NCBI GenBank assembly: GCA_026387405.1
Contig: JAPLLV010000056.1
Coordinates: 25,765 to 89,764, forward strand
DNA: 64,000 nucleotides
Reading direction: 5' to 3'
Source of the DNA: Candidatus Omnitrophota bacterium
GTDB taxonomy: Bacteria > Omnitrophota > Gorgyraeia > Gygaellales > Profunditerraquicolaceae
This document shows, piece after piece, positions 8,805 through 17,315 of the stretch. The notes beneath the pieces are model-generated. The model searched no databases, was not told the origin of the DNA, and saw only the letters and a program-made list of their open reading frames with translations. A program made the position numbers and the translations under genes. The first letter of the stretch is position 1, and each line of letters begins with the position of its first letter.

Positions 8805-9014
8805 GTGAATTCAGGGGAGCCCCAAGAAACACTTGGGGGAATCCTGAGCCAAGCCCGCCAACTTTTTTCCGGCGGGAAGGTGCAGAGACTAAGCGCCTAC
8901 CACCTAAAACTTTAAAAAGTAACGGTGATGAGATAGTCCAAGCCTTGAGGTAACTCGAGGGCACTTGAAATCTGCTGCACTTGTGCTTCAGAGGTTCGAA
9001 TCCTCTCCTGTCCA
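8728..9014 (+). tRNA. tRNA-Tyr(GTA), intron-split; exons 8728-8763 and 8968-9014
   Basis: Joined exons give GGACAGG/CCTGTCC-A acceptor, GCAGA-CTGT^AAA-TCTGC anticodon arm, long variable arm and GGTTCGAATCC; 83 nt; lies in a Thr-Tyr-Gly cluster. Confidence 0.93.
8764..8967 (+). ncRNA. Group I self-splicing intron (IC3-like, 204 nt, no internal ORF)
   Basis: 5' exon ends in U with a U.G pair in P1 (CUGU/GCAG); P3 GTAGGTG/CGCCTAC; P4 TTCAGG/CCTGAG; R GCAGAGACTA; S GAGATAGTCC; P9 CCTTGAG-GTAA-CTCGAGG; terminal G. Confidence 0.92.
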
Positions 9015-9037
9015 TTGACTTTATCTACAGAACCAAT

Positions 9038-9658
9038 ATGGAAAATATAATAAAAACAGACCGAGATGCTTCTCTTTTTATCGATTTAGCAGATAAAGAT
9101 TATTTAGCAGTCAGGTTACTTTTTGGTTGTGGTAACTGTTTTTATAATTTAGCCGCCTACCATTCTCAGCAATGCTTGGAAAAATATCTAAAAGCATTTC
9201 TTGTTCAGAAAACCAGCACTTATCTCAAAACACATAATTTGAAAGAATTAAGGGAGATGGCCGAAGCTCATAATAGCTATTTCTCTAAAGACGAGGTAAA
9301 AAAAGCTTTGGCTGAGTTTGATAAATATGACCAAGTTACCCGTTATAGCGCAGAGGCCACTTACGACCCAAATTCACAGAAAAATAAGTGCTTTGAGATT
9401 AAAGGGGTGTGGAGCTTCGGTCTTGGGTTTGGCAATATTAGAACTTTAGATAAGCTTGTTTACGAAATAAGGAGTTTAATGGACTTCGATAAATTAAAGG
9501 GAAGAAACAATCTAAAAGACATATTTAAGGAAGAGAAAAACAATTCATTTATCATGTGTTGGAAATTACCGATTCCGATAAAAAGAGTATTAACTATAGA
9601 AAATGATTATTGGGGGGGCAGGTTAGATATAAAAGTTGAGTTTGTAGAAGTCAGTTAA
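9038..9658 (+). CDS. HEPN domain protein
   Basis: A.KD...., YHSQQCLEKYLKAFL, KTHNLKEL, TRY; start moved to ATG 9038 because the longer ORF overlaps the tRNA. Confidence 0.8.
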   Translation: MENIIKTDRDASLFIDLADKDYLAVRLLFGCGNCFYNLAAYHSQQCLEKYLKAFLVQKTSTYLKTHNLKELREMAEAHNSYFSKDEVKKALAEFDKYDQVTRYSAEATYDPNSQKNKCFEIKGVWSFGLGFGNIRTLDKLVYEIRSLMDFDKLKGRNNLKDIFKEEKNNSFIMCWKLPIPIKRVLTIENDYWGGRLDIKVEFVEVS

Positions 9659-9726
9659 ACCTGTTAGAATAGTTACAAATTAGTGAAAAAATTGGCTACA
9701 CCAATTTTTTCCTTACAAAGGAACCC

Positions 9727-9981
9727 ATGACCTGCGGACTAGGCATAAGCTGGATAGCATTATTGATCATTCTCGCGGCAGCATTAGTAATTTCTCTTTT
9801 TATTTTCTGGCTTTCCATGCTCATTGATTGCTGCAAAAGGAATTTCAACAACGGGATAGAGCGGCTTATCTGGCTCTTGATCATAATACTGGGTAATTTA
9901 TTGGGCGTCACTATATACTATTTCCTGATCGTCAGATACCATCCTGACGGGATAGCGGATAAGGAAGGCCGATTAAAATAG
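9727..9981 (+). CDS. Small membrane protein (PLDc N-terminal-like)
   Basis: FWLSMLIDCCKR...LIWLLIIILGNLLGVTIYYF pattern. Confidence 0.65.
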   Translation: MTCGLGISWIALLIILAAALVISLFIFWLSMLIDCCKRNFNNGIERLIWLLIIILGNLLGVTIYYFLIVRYHPDGIADKEGRLK

Positions 9982-9984
9982 TTT

Positions 9985-10058
9985 GCGAGCGTAGTTCAAT
10001 GGTAGAACAATAGCCTTCCAAGCTATATATGTCGGTTCGATTCCGATCGCTCGCTCCA
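9985..10058 (+). tRNA. tRNA-Gly(TCC)
   Basis: GCGAGCG acceptor stem, ATAGC-CTTCCAA-GCTAT, GGTTCGATTCC, CCA. Confidence 0.94.
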
Positions 10059-10066
10059 AAAAAAAT

Positions 10067-10831
10067 ATGGAACGTGAATTTTTAGAACCTGTTTTTATCG
10101 AAGCCTTTGACCTGGATGACGCGTGGTTCCAGTGCCTCTCCAGGATACTGGATAGCGGCCATATCTATACCATCACCCGCGGCAGCTATGAGGGGCAGAA
10201 ACGCCTGGAGTTCGATTTTGTTACGATCAGAGTAAAAAAACCGGCACACCAGATTATCCCGATCATCCCCGAGGGGATGAGTATCCCCGCCCCGACAGAT
10301 ATGGACTATATCCAGGGTTATCTTAGTTATCTCATGACCGGGACCAAAACAGAGACCGAAGATTATACCTACGGAGAACGGCTGGTCGAGCCGCGGGTAA
10401 GGATAAAAGAAAATAAGGACGGCAAAGAGATGGTCCGGGAGATGCCTATCGGGGGTAACCAGATAGAAGCGGTAATAGACATGTACCGGAAAAAAGGCTT
10501 TGGCACCAATCAGGCAATAATGGAGATCGGCATGCCTTCCGACATCAACCTCGATGACCCTCCGTGCCTGCGGCTTATAGATACCAGGGTGCGCTACGGT
10601 AAGCTCCACTTTATCCTTTATTTCCGTTCCTGGGACCTCTGGGGCGGTTTCCCCTCTAACCTCGGAGGGCTGGAATTAGTCAAACAATACATGGCCGAGG
10701 AGATCGGGGTCAAGGACGGAGAAATAATCGCGGTGAGCAAGGGCTTGCACCTCTATGATTATAGCTGGGAACTGGCAAAGATGAGGACCAATAAGTCCTC
10801 TCCCCGGGCATTGGTTAATTTATCCACTTAA
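10067..10831 (+). CDS. Thymidylate synthase family protein (divergent, archaeal-like ThyA)
   Basis: YTYGERL, DPPCLR, FRSWD...GFPSN, LHLY. Confidence 0.8.
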   Translation: MEREFLEPVFIEAFDLDDAWFQCLSRILDSGHIYTITRGSYEGQKRLEFDFVTIRVKKPAHQIIPIIPEGMSIPAPTDMDYIQGYLSYLMTGTKTETEDYTYGERLVEPRVRIKENKDGKEMVREMPIGGNQIEAVIDMYRKKGFGTNQAIMEIGMPSDINLDDPPCLRLIDTRVRYGKLHFILYFRSWDLWGGFPSNLGGLELVKQYMAEEIGVKDGEIIAVSKGLHLYDYSWELAKMRTNKSSPRALVNLST

Positions 10832-10856
10832 AACTAAAAAACAACGCGGAGTTGAC

Positions 10857-11414
10857 ATGGGCAGAAGAAAAAAATTCACCGGTAAGGAACGCAGGAAGTT
10901 TATAAGGCTTGACTACACGGCGCCTCTTGCCCTTAAGGTCTGTAAAAAAGAAACCGTCTCTAAGATACTGGATGGCTACACATCCGATGTAAGCCAGGCA
11001 GGACTCTTATGCAACATAAAAGACAAGGTAAAGATCAATGATATTTTATGGATCTCATTTGACCGGGCCACGCTGAATATCTGCGGAGAGATCGAAAAAA
11101 ATAGTTTTATCTATCAAGGCGGTATTGTCGGCAAGGTAGTCAGGATAACCCGCGCGCCCGGCGGATTCTACAGCGTGGGCGTCCAGTTCATGACCCGGGA
11201 AGAAAAAAACATCACCAATATCTTCCCGCAAATAAAATTTTTACGCCGAAGGAAAAAAATCCCGCCTGTGATAGAAGATACGGCCGAGGAAGAGCACAGT
11301 CCCGAACCGCTTGAGGAGATTGAGATCGGCGACCGGCACCACAAAAATAAACCCGTAGAACCTGAAACAGCTGAAGACGAGACAGATAAAGACTTCAAAG
11401 ATGAAGAAACCTGA
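10857..11414 (+). CDS. PilZ domain protein with acidic tail
   Basis: ERRKFIR and DVSQAG motifs. Confidence 0.78.
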   Translation: MGRRKKFTGKERRKFIRLDYTAPLALKVCKKETVSKILDGYTSDVSQAGLLCNIKDKVKINDILWISFDRATLNICGEIEKNSFIYQGGIVGKVVRITRAPGGFYSVGVQFMTREEKNITNIFPQIKFLRRRKKIPPVIEDTAEEEHSPEPLEEIEIGDRHHKNKPVEPETAEDETDKDFKDEET

Positions 11415-12402
11415 TATCTCTGTATTGGGCGACGGCGGATGGGGAACTACCTTAGCTATTTTACTGTATAATAAAGGTTTACCCGTTACCTTATGGGGAG
11501 CCTTCGAAGACTATAGCCGAGAAATAAACAGGACCCGGGTTAATAAAAGGTTCCTTCCCGGCATAAGGATACCCTCGGGCATCATTATCACCTCTAACCT
11601 TAAAGTTGCGTTGTCCGGAAAAGACATTATAATCTTTGCCATACCTTCGCAGTATATGCGCGGAGTGCTGAAGAAAATTAAAAAGATAGGTCATCCGCCT
11701 AAAGCAATATACCTAAGCGTAACGAAAGGAATAGAAATAGCTTCTTTAAAACGGATGTCGGAGATCATAAAAGATGAGCTCGGCAATCTAAAATTAGCCG
11801 TGCTCTCCGGGCCGACTATCGCGCATGAGCTGGCCAAAAGGCTTCCTACTACCGCTGTTATTTCCTCCCGGGACAAACCGCTAAGGAAATACCTGCAGAA
11901 TATCTTTATGACCGACACTTTTCGCATCTACACCAATGACGATACCGTGGGGGTTGAATTAGGGGGAAGCCTGAAAAATGTGATCGCCATTGCCTGCGGG
12001 ATCTCGGATGGGCTGGGGTTCGGCACCAATACAAAGGCCGCGTTATTATCCCGCGGGCTTTGTGAGATATCACGGTTGGGCGAAGCTATGGGGGCAAAGA
12101 AAAAGACTTTTAGCGGGCTCAGCGGGTTAGGAGACCTGGTCACTACCTGTATCAGCCCTTACAGCAGAAACAAATTTTTGGGAGAGCAGATTGCAAAGGG
12201 AAAAACTTTGCACAAAATAAAGTCTCATATGCAGATGGTAGCAGAGGGTGTGCCGACCGCAAAATCCGCTTACGAGTTAAGCCGGAAATACAAAGTCGAT
12301 ATGCCCATAATCAAAGAGATATATCTCGTTCTTTATAAAAATAAAAAACCGCGCAAGGCAGTAGAATACCTGATGGCGCGGGAGAGAAAAGAAGAATATT
12401 AG
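11401..12402 (+). CDS. gpsA: NAD(P)H-dependent glycerol-3-phosphate dehydrogenase
   Basis: GDGGWGT, TKG, SGP, LKNVIAI, GLGDLVTTC, SRN, AEG. Confidence 0.95.
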   Translation: MKKPDISVLGDGGWGTTLAILLYNKGLPVTLWGAFEDYSREINRTRVNKRFLPGIRIPSGIIITSNLKVALSGKDIIIFAIPSQYMRGVLKKIKKIGHPPKAIYLSVTKGIEIASLKRMSEIIKDELGNLKLAVLSGPTIAHELAKRLPTTAVISSRDKPLRKYLQNIFMTDTFRIYTNDDTVGVELGGSLKNVIAIACGISDGLGFGTNTKAALLSRGLCEISRLGEAMGAKKKTFSGLSGLGDLVTTCISPYSRNKFLGEQIAKGKTLHKIKSHMQMVAEGVPTAKSAYELSRKYKVDMPIIKEIYLVLYKNKKPRKAVEYLMARERKEEY

Positions 12403-12421
12403 AAGATATACGATTGAAAAA

Positions 12422-12496
12422 CGGGGGATGGCGCAGTTTGGCTAGCGCGCTTGAATGGGGTTCAAGAGGCCGAGAGTTCAAGTCTCTCTCCCCCGA
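12422..12496 (+). tRNA. tRNA-Pro(GGG)
   Basis: CGGGGGA/TCCCCCG-A acceptor, CTTGA-ATGGGGT-TCAAG, GTTCAAGTC; CCA not encoded. Confidence 0.9.
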
Positions 12497-12503
12497 TTAA
12501 ATC

Positions 12504-12547
12504 TTTCCAGACCCGCGGTGGAAAAAATTCCACCGCTGGTCTGGAAA
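12504..12547. repeat. Palindromic repeat family R3
   Basis: TTTCCAGACCCGCGGTGGAA...TTCCACCGCTGGTCTGGAAA. Confidence 0.8.
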
Positions 12548-12559
12548 AGGACAATCCGT

Positions 12560-12946
12560 ATGGATGAGGAAAGAAGGAGGTCACCGCGGATAAAAAAGAC
12601 GCTCGCAGTCCTCTATAGCCGCTGTGGAGAGACAGGACAAAATAACCAGACCTGGAACATGACTTCAGTCCAGAATATAAGCGGAAGAGGCATGCGGATA
12701 GTCACCAACGAAGAATTTCCTATCGGTGAAACTTTGATCTTCCGCCTTAAAATCCCTTCGCGTCCATTTGAATGGCAGGAGATAAAAGGTAAAATTGCAG
12801 GTGTCGAACAATTAAAAACGTCTAACGATGAACCTGTGGCTGGACAGTATATCGCAAGGATAGAATTTATAGAAACGCGAGATGACCAAAAATGGCATAT
12901 CGAAGAATACATACGCTGGTTCTTAGAACAATCCGGAGGTGAATAA
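12560..12946 (+). CDS. PilZ domain protein
   Basis: ERRRSPR, NISGRG; ATG 12560 preceded by AAGGA. Confidence 0.78.
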   Translation: MDEERRRSPRIKKTLAVLYSRCGETGQNNQTWNMTSVQNISGRGMRIVTNEEFPIGETLIFRLKIPSRPFEWQEIKGKIAGVEQLKTSNDEPVAGQYIARIEFIETRDDQKWHIEEYIRWFLEQSGGE

Positions 12947-13302
12947 TGGGATATATTGGCCCGGAGAGGAGATCGAATCCCCGCGTAAACGGAAGATTTA
13001 TCGTTTCCTACCGGGTGCTGGACGAAAATGAATCTATCGATATCACCCAAACCAAAAACTTAAGCCTGGGCGGTATGCTCTTAACTACAAACCGGTACTT
13101 TGAAGCAGGAACTAACCTTGCCCTGGAAATCCGTCTCCCATTTGACCCTAACCCTATTATGCTTATCGCAAGAGTAGTAGATTCCCAGGAAATAACCAAA
13201 AACTTGATCTATGACACAAGGCTCACATTCCTGGCCATTGACGAAAGACATAGGAAGGTAATGTCGCAGACGGTAAACTATTATTTAAAAAGATCCGAGT
13301 AA
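12946..13302 (+). CDS. PilZ domain protein
   Basis: ERRSNPR, NLSLGG. Confidence 0.85.
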   Translation: MGYIGPERRSNPRVNGRFIVSYRVLDENESIDITQTKNLSLGGMLLTTNRYFEAGTNLALEIRLPFDPNPIMLIARVVDSQEITKNLIYDTRLTFLAIDERHRKVMSQTVNYYLKRSE

Positions 13303-13390
13303 TCCCGCAGAAAGCGGAACACCGATTTATCGCCGCAGTGGCGGCGCACCGGCCAATCAGGTATGGCCGGGTGCATGATAAAATCGGGTT
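13303..13390 (-). repeat. Two-hairpin element family R2, nested, reverse orientation
   Basis: Minus strand: AACCCGATTT [..CAC(C)CGGCC-ATACCTGATT-GGCCGGTG CGCCGC-CACT-GCGGCG..] AAATCGGTG TTCCGC-TTTCT-GCGGGA. Confidence 0.7.
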
Positions 13391-13413
13391 TTAACTGTTG
13401 TGAAGGGACAAAC

Positions 13414-14709
13414 ATGGAAAAAATAAATATTGGCATTATCGGCTTTGGAAATGTTGGGGCGGGAGTGGTCAAGATCATACGCGAACGCGGCGCTAACTTG
13501 TCTTCAAAGATCGGCCTGCATCTTGAGATTAAGAAGATCTGCGATAAGGATACCGTGTCCAAAAGGAATGTCTCGGTAGATAAAAGCTTGATTACCAAGG
13601 ACGCGCACGAGATCATTGACGACCCGAAAATCGACATCGTGGTAGAACTCATCGGAGGCATCCACCCGGCGAGAGAGTTCATCACCCAGGCGCTTAATAA
13701 AGGCAAGAATATCGTCACTGCCAATAAGGCGCTTCTGGCCGTCTATGGCAGAGAACTCTTTGCCTTGGCAAGCGACCGCGGCAAAAATATTTATTTTGAA
13801 GCCTCGGTGGGCGCAGGGATACCCATAATCAAATCCCTGCGGGAAGGGCTAGTGGCGAACAAATTCAATAGTATCTATGGGATCGTGAACGGCACCTCGA
13901 ATTTCGTATTATCCCAGATGTCACAGCAAAACTACAGTTTTGACGAGGCATTGAGGGAGGCCAAAGAAAAGGGGTTCGCCGAAAAAGACCCGTCGCTCGA
14001 TATAGAAGGCATGGATTCCGCGCATAAATTATCCATCCTAAGCTATCTGGCCTTTGGCAGGCTTGTGGACCTCAGCGATATTTTTGTAGAGGGCATCTCC
14101 TGCGTAACCAACGCCGATATTAATTATGCCAGGGAACTCGGGTTCGCCATAAAACTATTGGCCATTGCCAAGAAAGAAAAAGATGAACTGGAACTAAGGG
14201 TGCATCCCACCCTTATACCCGAAGACCATCTTCTTTCCTCGGTGGGAGGGGTCTTCAACGCCATCTATGTTTCCAGCGACCTGGCGGGAAACCTCCTCTT
14301 CTACGGGCCCGGGGCCGGACAACTCTCTGCCGCCTCGGCTGTGGTGTCTGACCTGGTGGACTTAAGCCATGATATCAAGGCAGGGCTTTTCCGTCCCACA
14401 TTAAAGATCTCTCCGGATACCTCGATCAAGAAACTGCGTAAGATAGACGACATTGAAAGCCGCTATTATCTCCGCACCATGACCTTAGATAAACCCGGCG
14501 TCTTGGCAAAGATCGCCGGCATCCTGGCTAAATCCGGAATAAGTATCGCCTCGGTATCCCAGAAAGAGAAAGGGAGGCAGGAGGCCGTGCCTATAGTAAT
14601 GATAATCCACAGCGCAAAAGAAAAAGACATGCGCACTGCTTTAGGGACAATTAATAAATTGGATATAATCAAACAGAAGGCTGTGGCAATCAGGATCGAG
14701 GAGTTATGA
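13414..14709 (+). CDS. hom: Homoserine dehydrogenase with C-terminal ACT domain
   Basis: GFGNVG, VTANK, FEASVGAGIP, NGTSN, GPGAG, DKPGVL. Confidence 0.95.
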   Translation: MEKINIGIIGFGNVGAGVVKIIRERGANLSSKIGLHLEIKKICDKDTVSKRNVSVDKSLITKDAHEIIDDPKIDIVVELIGGIHPAREFITQALNKGKNIVTANKALLAVYGRELFALASDRGKNIYFEASVGAGIPIIKSLREGLVANKFNSIYGIVNGTSNFVLSQMSQQNYSFDEALREAKEKGFAEKDPSLDIEGMDSAHKLSILSYLAFGRLVDLSDIFVEGISCVTNADINYARELGFAIKLLAIAKKEKDELELRVHPTLIPEDHLLSSVGGVFNAIYVSSDLAGNLLFYGPGAGQLSAASAVVSDLVDLSHDIKAGLFRPTLKISPDTSIKKLRKIDDIESRYYLRTMTLDKPGVLAKIAGILAKSGISIASVSQKEKGRQEAVPIVMIIHSAKEKDMRTALGTINKLDIIKQKAVAIRIEEL

Positions 14710-15884
14710 AAAATCACAAGTATAACGGGATTATAGAAAAATACCGCGGGTATCTTCCTGTTTCCGGTAAGACGCCGGTAATCACTCTGCAAGAAGGAAA
14801 TACTCCTCTAATATACGCCCCTTTCCTGAGTAGATTAGTCAGTGAAAGTTGCGGGGTTTACCCCCACACCAATTGGAAAAAAAAGGATATCTTTCAACCA
14901 ATTGGTGTGGGGGTATATCTAAAATATGAAGGTCTTAATCCTACCGGTTCTTTCAAAGACAGGGGCATGACTATGGCTGTTTCCAAGGCCTGCGAGCAAG
15001 GCTCAAGGGCAGTGATCTGCGCCTCAACCGGAAATACATCGGCCTCGGCTGCCGCTTATTCTGCCCGCGCCGGAATTAGATGCATTGTGCTCATTCCTAA
15101 GGGAGCGATCGCCCTGGGAAAGTTGAGCCAGGCAATAATCCACGGAGCAACGGTCCTGGCTGTTAAAGGAAATTTTGATGAAGCACTGGAACTGGTAAAA
15201 GAGGTCGCGGCAAAATATCCCATAACCCTGGTCAACTCGCTTAACCCTTTCCGCATTGAAGGACAGAAAACCGCTAGTTTCGAGATCTGCGATTATTTGG
15301 GCAGGGCTCCGGATTTCCAGGTCATGCCTGTGGGCAATGCCGGAAATATCACCGCTTATTGGAAAGGATATAAAGAATACAAAGTTCATAAGAAAATAAG
15401 GCATTTGCCTGTGATGCTCGGTTTTCAGGCCGAAGGCGCAGCGCCTATAGTGAAGGGACATCCCATAAAAAATCCGCAAACTTTAGCCACGGCCATACGT
15501 ATCGGCAATCCGGCAAGCTGGACTCAGGCAGAAGCAGCTCGAGACGAATCCAGCGGGCTTATCGATGCGGTCTCGGATAAAGAAATAATCGCTGCCTACA
15601 AACTATTAGCCCAAAAGGAAGGCGTCTTTGTGGAACCTGCTTCCGCGGCTTCTATCGCCGGCCTCTTAAAATTAGCCAGAAATAAATATTTTAAACCAAG
15701 TACCAACGACCAACCCCGCCTGCCACTTGGTACGCGGGGCGGGCAGGGACCAACGACCAAAATCGTCTGCATCCTGACCGGACATGGCTTGAAAGACCCG
15801 GACAGGGCCATAAAATCAGTTAAAGAACCAAAGATAGTAAAGCCGGAATTGAGAGCTATATTAAGGGGAATAGGCTATTTTTAG
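14706..15884 (+). CDS. thrC: Threonine synthase with two repeat-derived in-frame insertions
   Basis: EGNTPL, NPTGSFKDRG, ASTGNT, PVGNAG, EPASA, TGHGLKD. Confidence 0.95.
   Translation: MKNHKYNGIIEKYRGYLPVSGKTPVITLQEGNTPLIYAPFLSRLVSESCGVYPHTNWKKKDIFQPIGVGVYLKYEGLNPTGSFKDRGMTMAVSKACEQGSRAVICASTGNTSASAAAYSARAGIRCIVLIPKGAIALGKLSQAIIHGATVLAVKGNFDEALELVKEVAAKYPITLVNSLNPFRIEGQKTASFEICDYLGRAPDFQVMPVGNAGNITAYWKGYKEYKVHKKIRHLPVMLGFQAEGAAPIVKGHPIKNPQTLATAIRIGNPASWTQAEAARDESSGLIDAVSDKEIIAAYKLLAQKEGVFVEPASAASIAGLLKLARNKYFKPSTNDQPRLPLGTRGGQGPTTKIVCILTGHGLKDPDRAIKSVKEPKIVKPELRAILRGIGYF
14859..14915. repeat. 57-bp palindromic element family R4, in-frame in thrC
   Basis: 18-bp perfect inverted repeat TACCCCCACACCAATTGG/CCAATTGGTGTGGGGGTA. 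Confidence 0.88.
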
Positions 15885-15954
15885 CGTATAGCGGATAGCG
15901 TTTAGTGAGCAGAAAAATTCTCGCTCTACGCTCTACGCTCTACGCTCTACGCTA
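15882..15954. repeat. Convergent heptamer arrays (TAGCGTA-like / CTACGCT)
   Basis: TAGCGTA TAGCGGA TAGCGTT ... CTACGCT x4. Confidence 0.8.
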
Positions 15955-16584
15955 ATGTTAAAAAATAAGCGAATTCTAATTACCGCGGGCCCCACCTGGG
16001 TTCCCATAGACAGCGTAAGGGTAATCAGTAATATCGCGACAGGGGAAACCGGGAGGCTTTTAGCCGAAAGATTACAAAAGGCAGGCGCAAAGGTCACTCT
16101 GATTATAGGACATACGGGCTGTTCTTCTTCAAACCGCAATATCCGCATAATTAATTTTAAATTTTTTGATGACCTGCGGAAAATCCTGAAAAAAGAACTG
16201 CGCTTAACTAAATACGATTTTATTATCCATTCGGCAGCCGTTTCAGATTTTAAACCGCGAAGGACCATTAAAAACAAGATTGATTCGGCAAGACCTCGCA
16301 CTTTGAAGCTTATAGGCTTACCGAAAATCATAAAGGATATACGCTCTTTAAATCCCGAGGGGAAACTAGTGATGTTCAAGTTGGAATCGGGGGTAAATGA
16401 CACGACTCTGATTAAACGCGCCAGAAAATCCCTGCTGGCTTACCAGGCGGATTTTGTTGTAGCAAACCGCGTCTTTAGAGCGTACAAGGCATTTGTCCTG
16501 AATCATTCAAAGGTTTACTCAAAAGCCGGATCAAAAAAAGAATTGGTTAGAAAACTCGTTGAGGTATTAAAGCGGGCGAGGTGA
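15955..16584 (+). CDS. Phosphopantothenate-cysteine ligase-like protein (CoaB/DFP domain only)
   Basis: ILITAGPT...DSVRVISN, HSAAVSDF, FKLE, VVAN. Confidence 0.8.
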   Translation: MLKNKRILITAGPTWVPIDSVRVISNIATGETGRLLAERLQKAGAKVTLIIGHTGCSSSNRNIRIINFKFFDDLRKILKKELRLTKYDFIIHSAAVSDFKPRRTIKNKIDSARPRTLKLIGLPKIIKDIRSLNPEGKLVMFKLESGVNDTTLIKRARKSLLAYQADFVVANRVFRAYKAFVLNHSKVYSKAGSKKELVRKLVEVLKRAR

Positions 16585-16586
16585 AA

Positions 16587-17312
16587 ATGGAATTAAATGA
16601 AATCGATATCCGGGTAAAAAACGCGTTCGATAATTTCGTTTTACAGGCGAGCGAGCGGCTTAAAAATAGCCTGAAATCAGTTATATTACACGGCAGCATT
16701 GTTTCAGGGGAACATATCCCGAGGCATTCCGATATTAATATTTTACTGGTGGTCGATAAAGTGGACATCGATATCCTTGATGCTATCGCCGGAATAAAAA
16801 CTAAGACTTCCGCCGGCCGCATCGTGCCATTGGTTTTAAGCGATAATTATATACAAAACTCCACTGATACCTTCCCCATAGAATTTTTAGAGATGCAAAA
16901 ACACCATACGGTGCTATGGGGAAACGATCCTTTAGCGGGACTTAAGATCGACCCTAAGAATCTCAGGCATCAATGCGAATGGGAACTAAAATCGAAAATC
17001 ATAACCATGCAGCAACTATATATAAATACCCGCGGCAATGCCAGGGCAGCAGGAGATTTCTTAATTAGAAACCTGACCTCTTTTATCGTAGTCTTTAAAC
17101 ATATCCTGGGCTTAAAAAATGTCCTTGTGGATGGCCAGCCGGAGGTATTGGAAAAAATATGCGATGAATTTGGGCTGGAAAAAGATATTTTTTTGGAAAT
17201 TTTGCATGCGCGGCAGGGAAAATTAAAAATAAAGGATGCGGCGAGTTCATTCGCGCGATTTTTATCTGCGCTAAACAAACTTTCTGAACAAATCGATAAA
17301 CTATCCTTGTAA
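16587..17312 (+). CDS. Pol-beta-like nucleotidyltransferase domain protein
   Basis: VILHGS.....SDINILLV, DTFPIEF; precedes TPM-LemA. Confidence 0.72.
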   Translation: MELNEIDIRVKNAFDNFVLQASERLKNSLKSVILHGSIVSGEHIPRHSDINILLVVDKVDIDILDAIAGIKTKTSAGRIVPLVLSDNYIQNSTDTFPIEFLEMQKHHTVLWGNDPLAGLKIDPKNLRHQCEWELKSKIITMQQLYINTRGNARAAGDFLIRNLTSFIVVFKHILGLKNVLVDGQPEVLEKICDEFGLEKDIFLEILHARQGKLKIKDAASSFARFLSALNKLSEQIDKLSL

Positions 17313-17315
17313 TAT

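Noticed and set aside
15882-15954. Repeat arrays as CRISPR
   Set aside because: 7-nt tandem units without unique spacers; no cas genes in the window
16587-17312. Nucleotidyltransferase as the antitoxin partner of the HEPN gene
   Set aside because: It is about 7 kb away, larger than a minimal MNT, and sits in an NTase-TPM-LemA cluster
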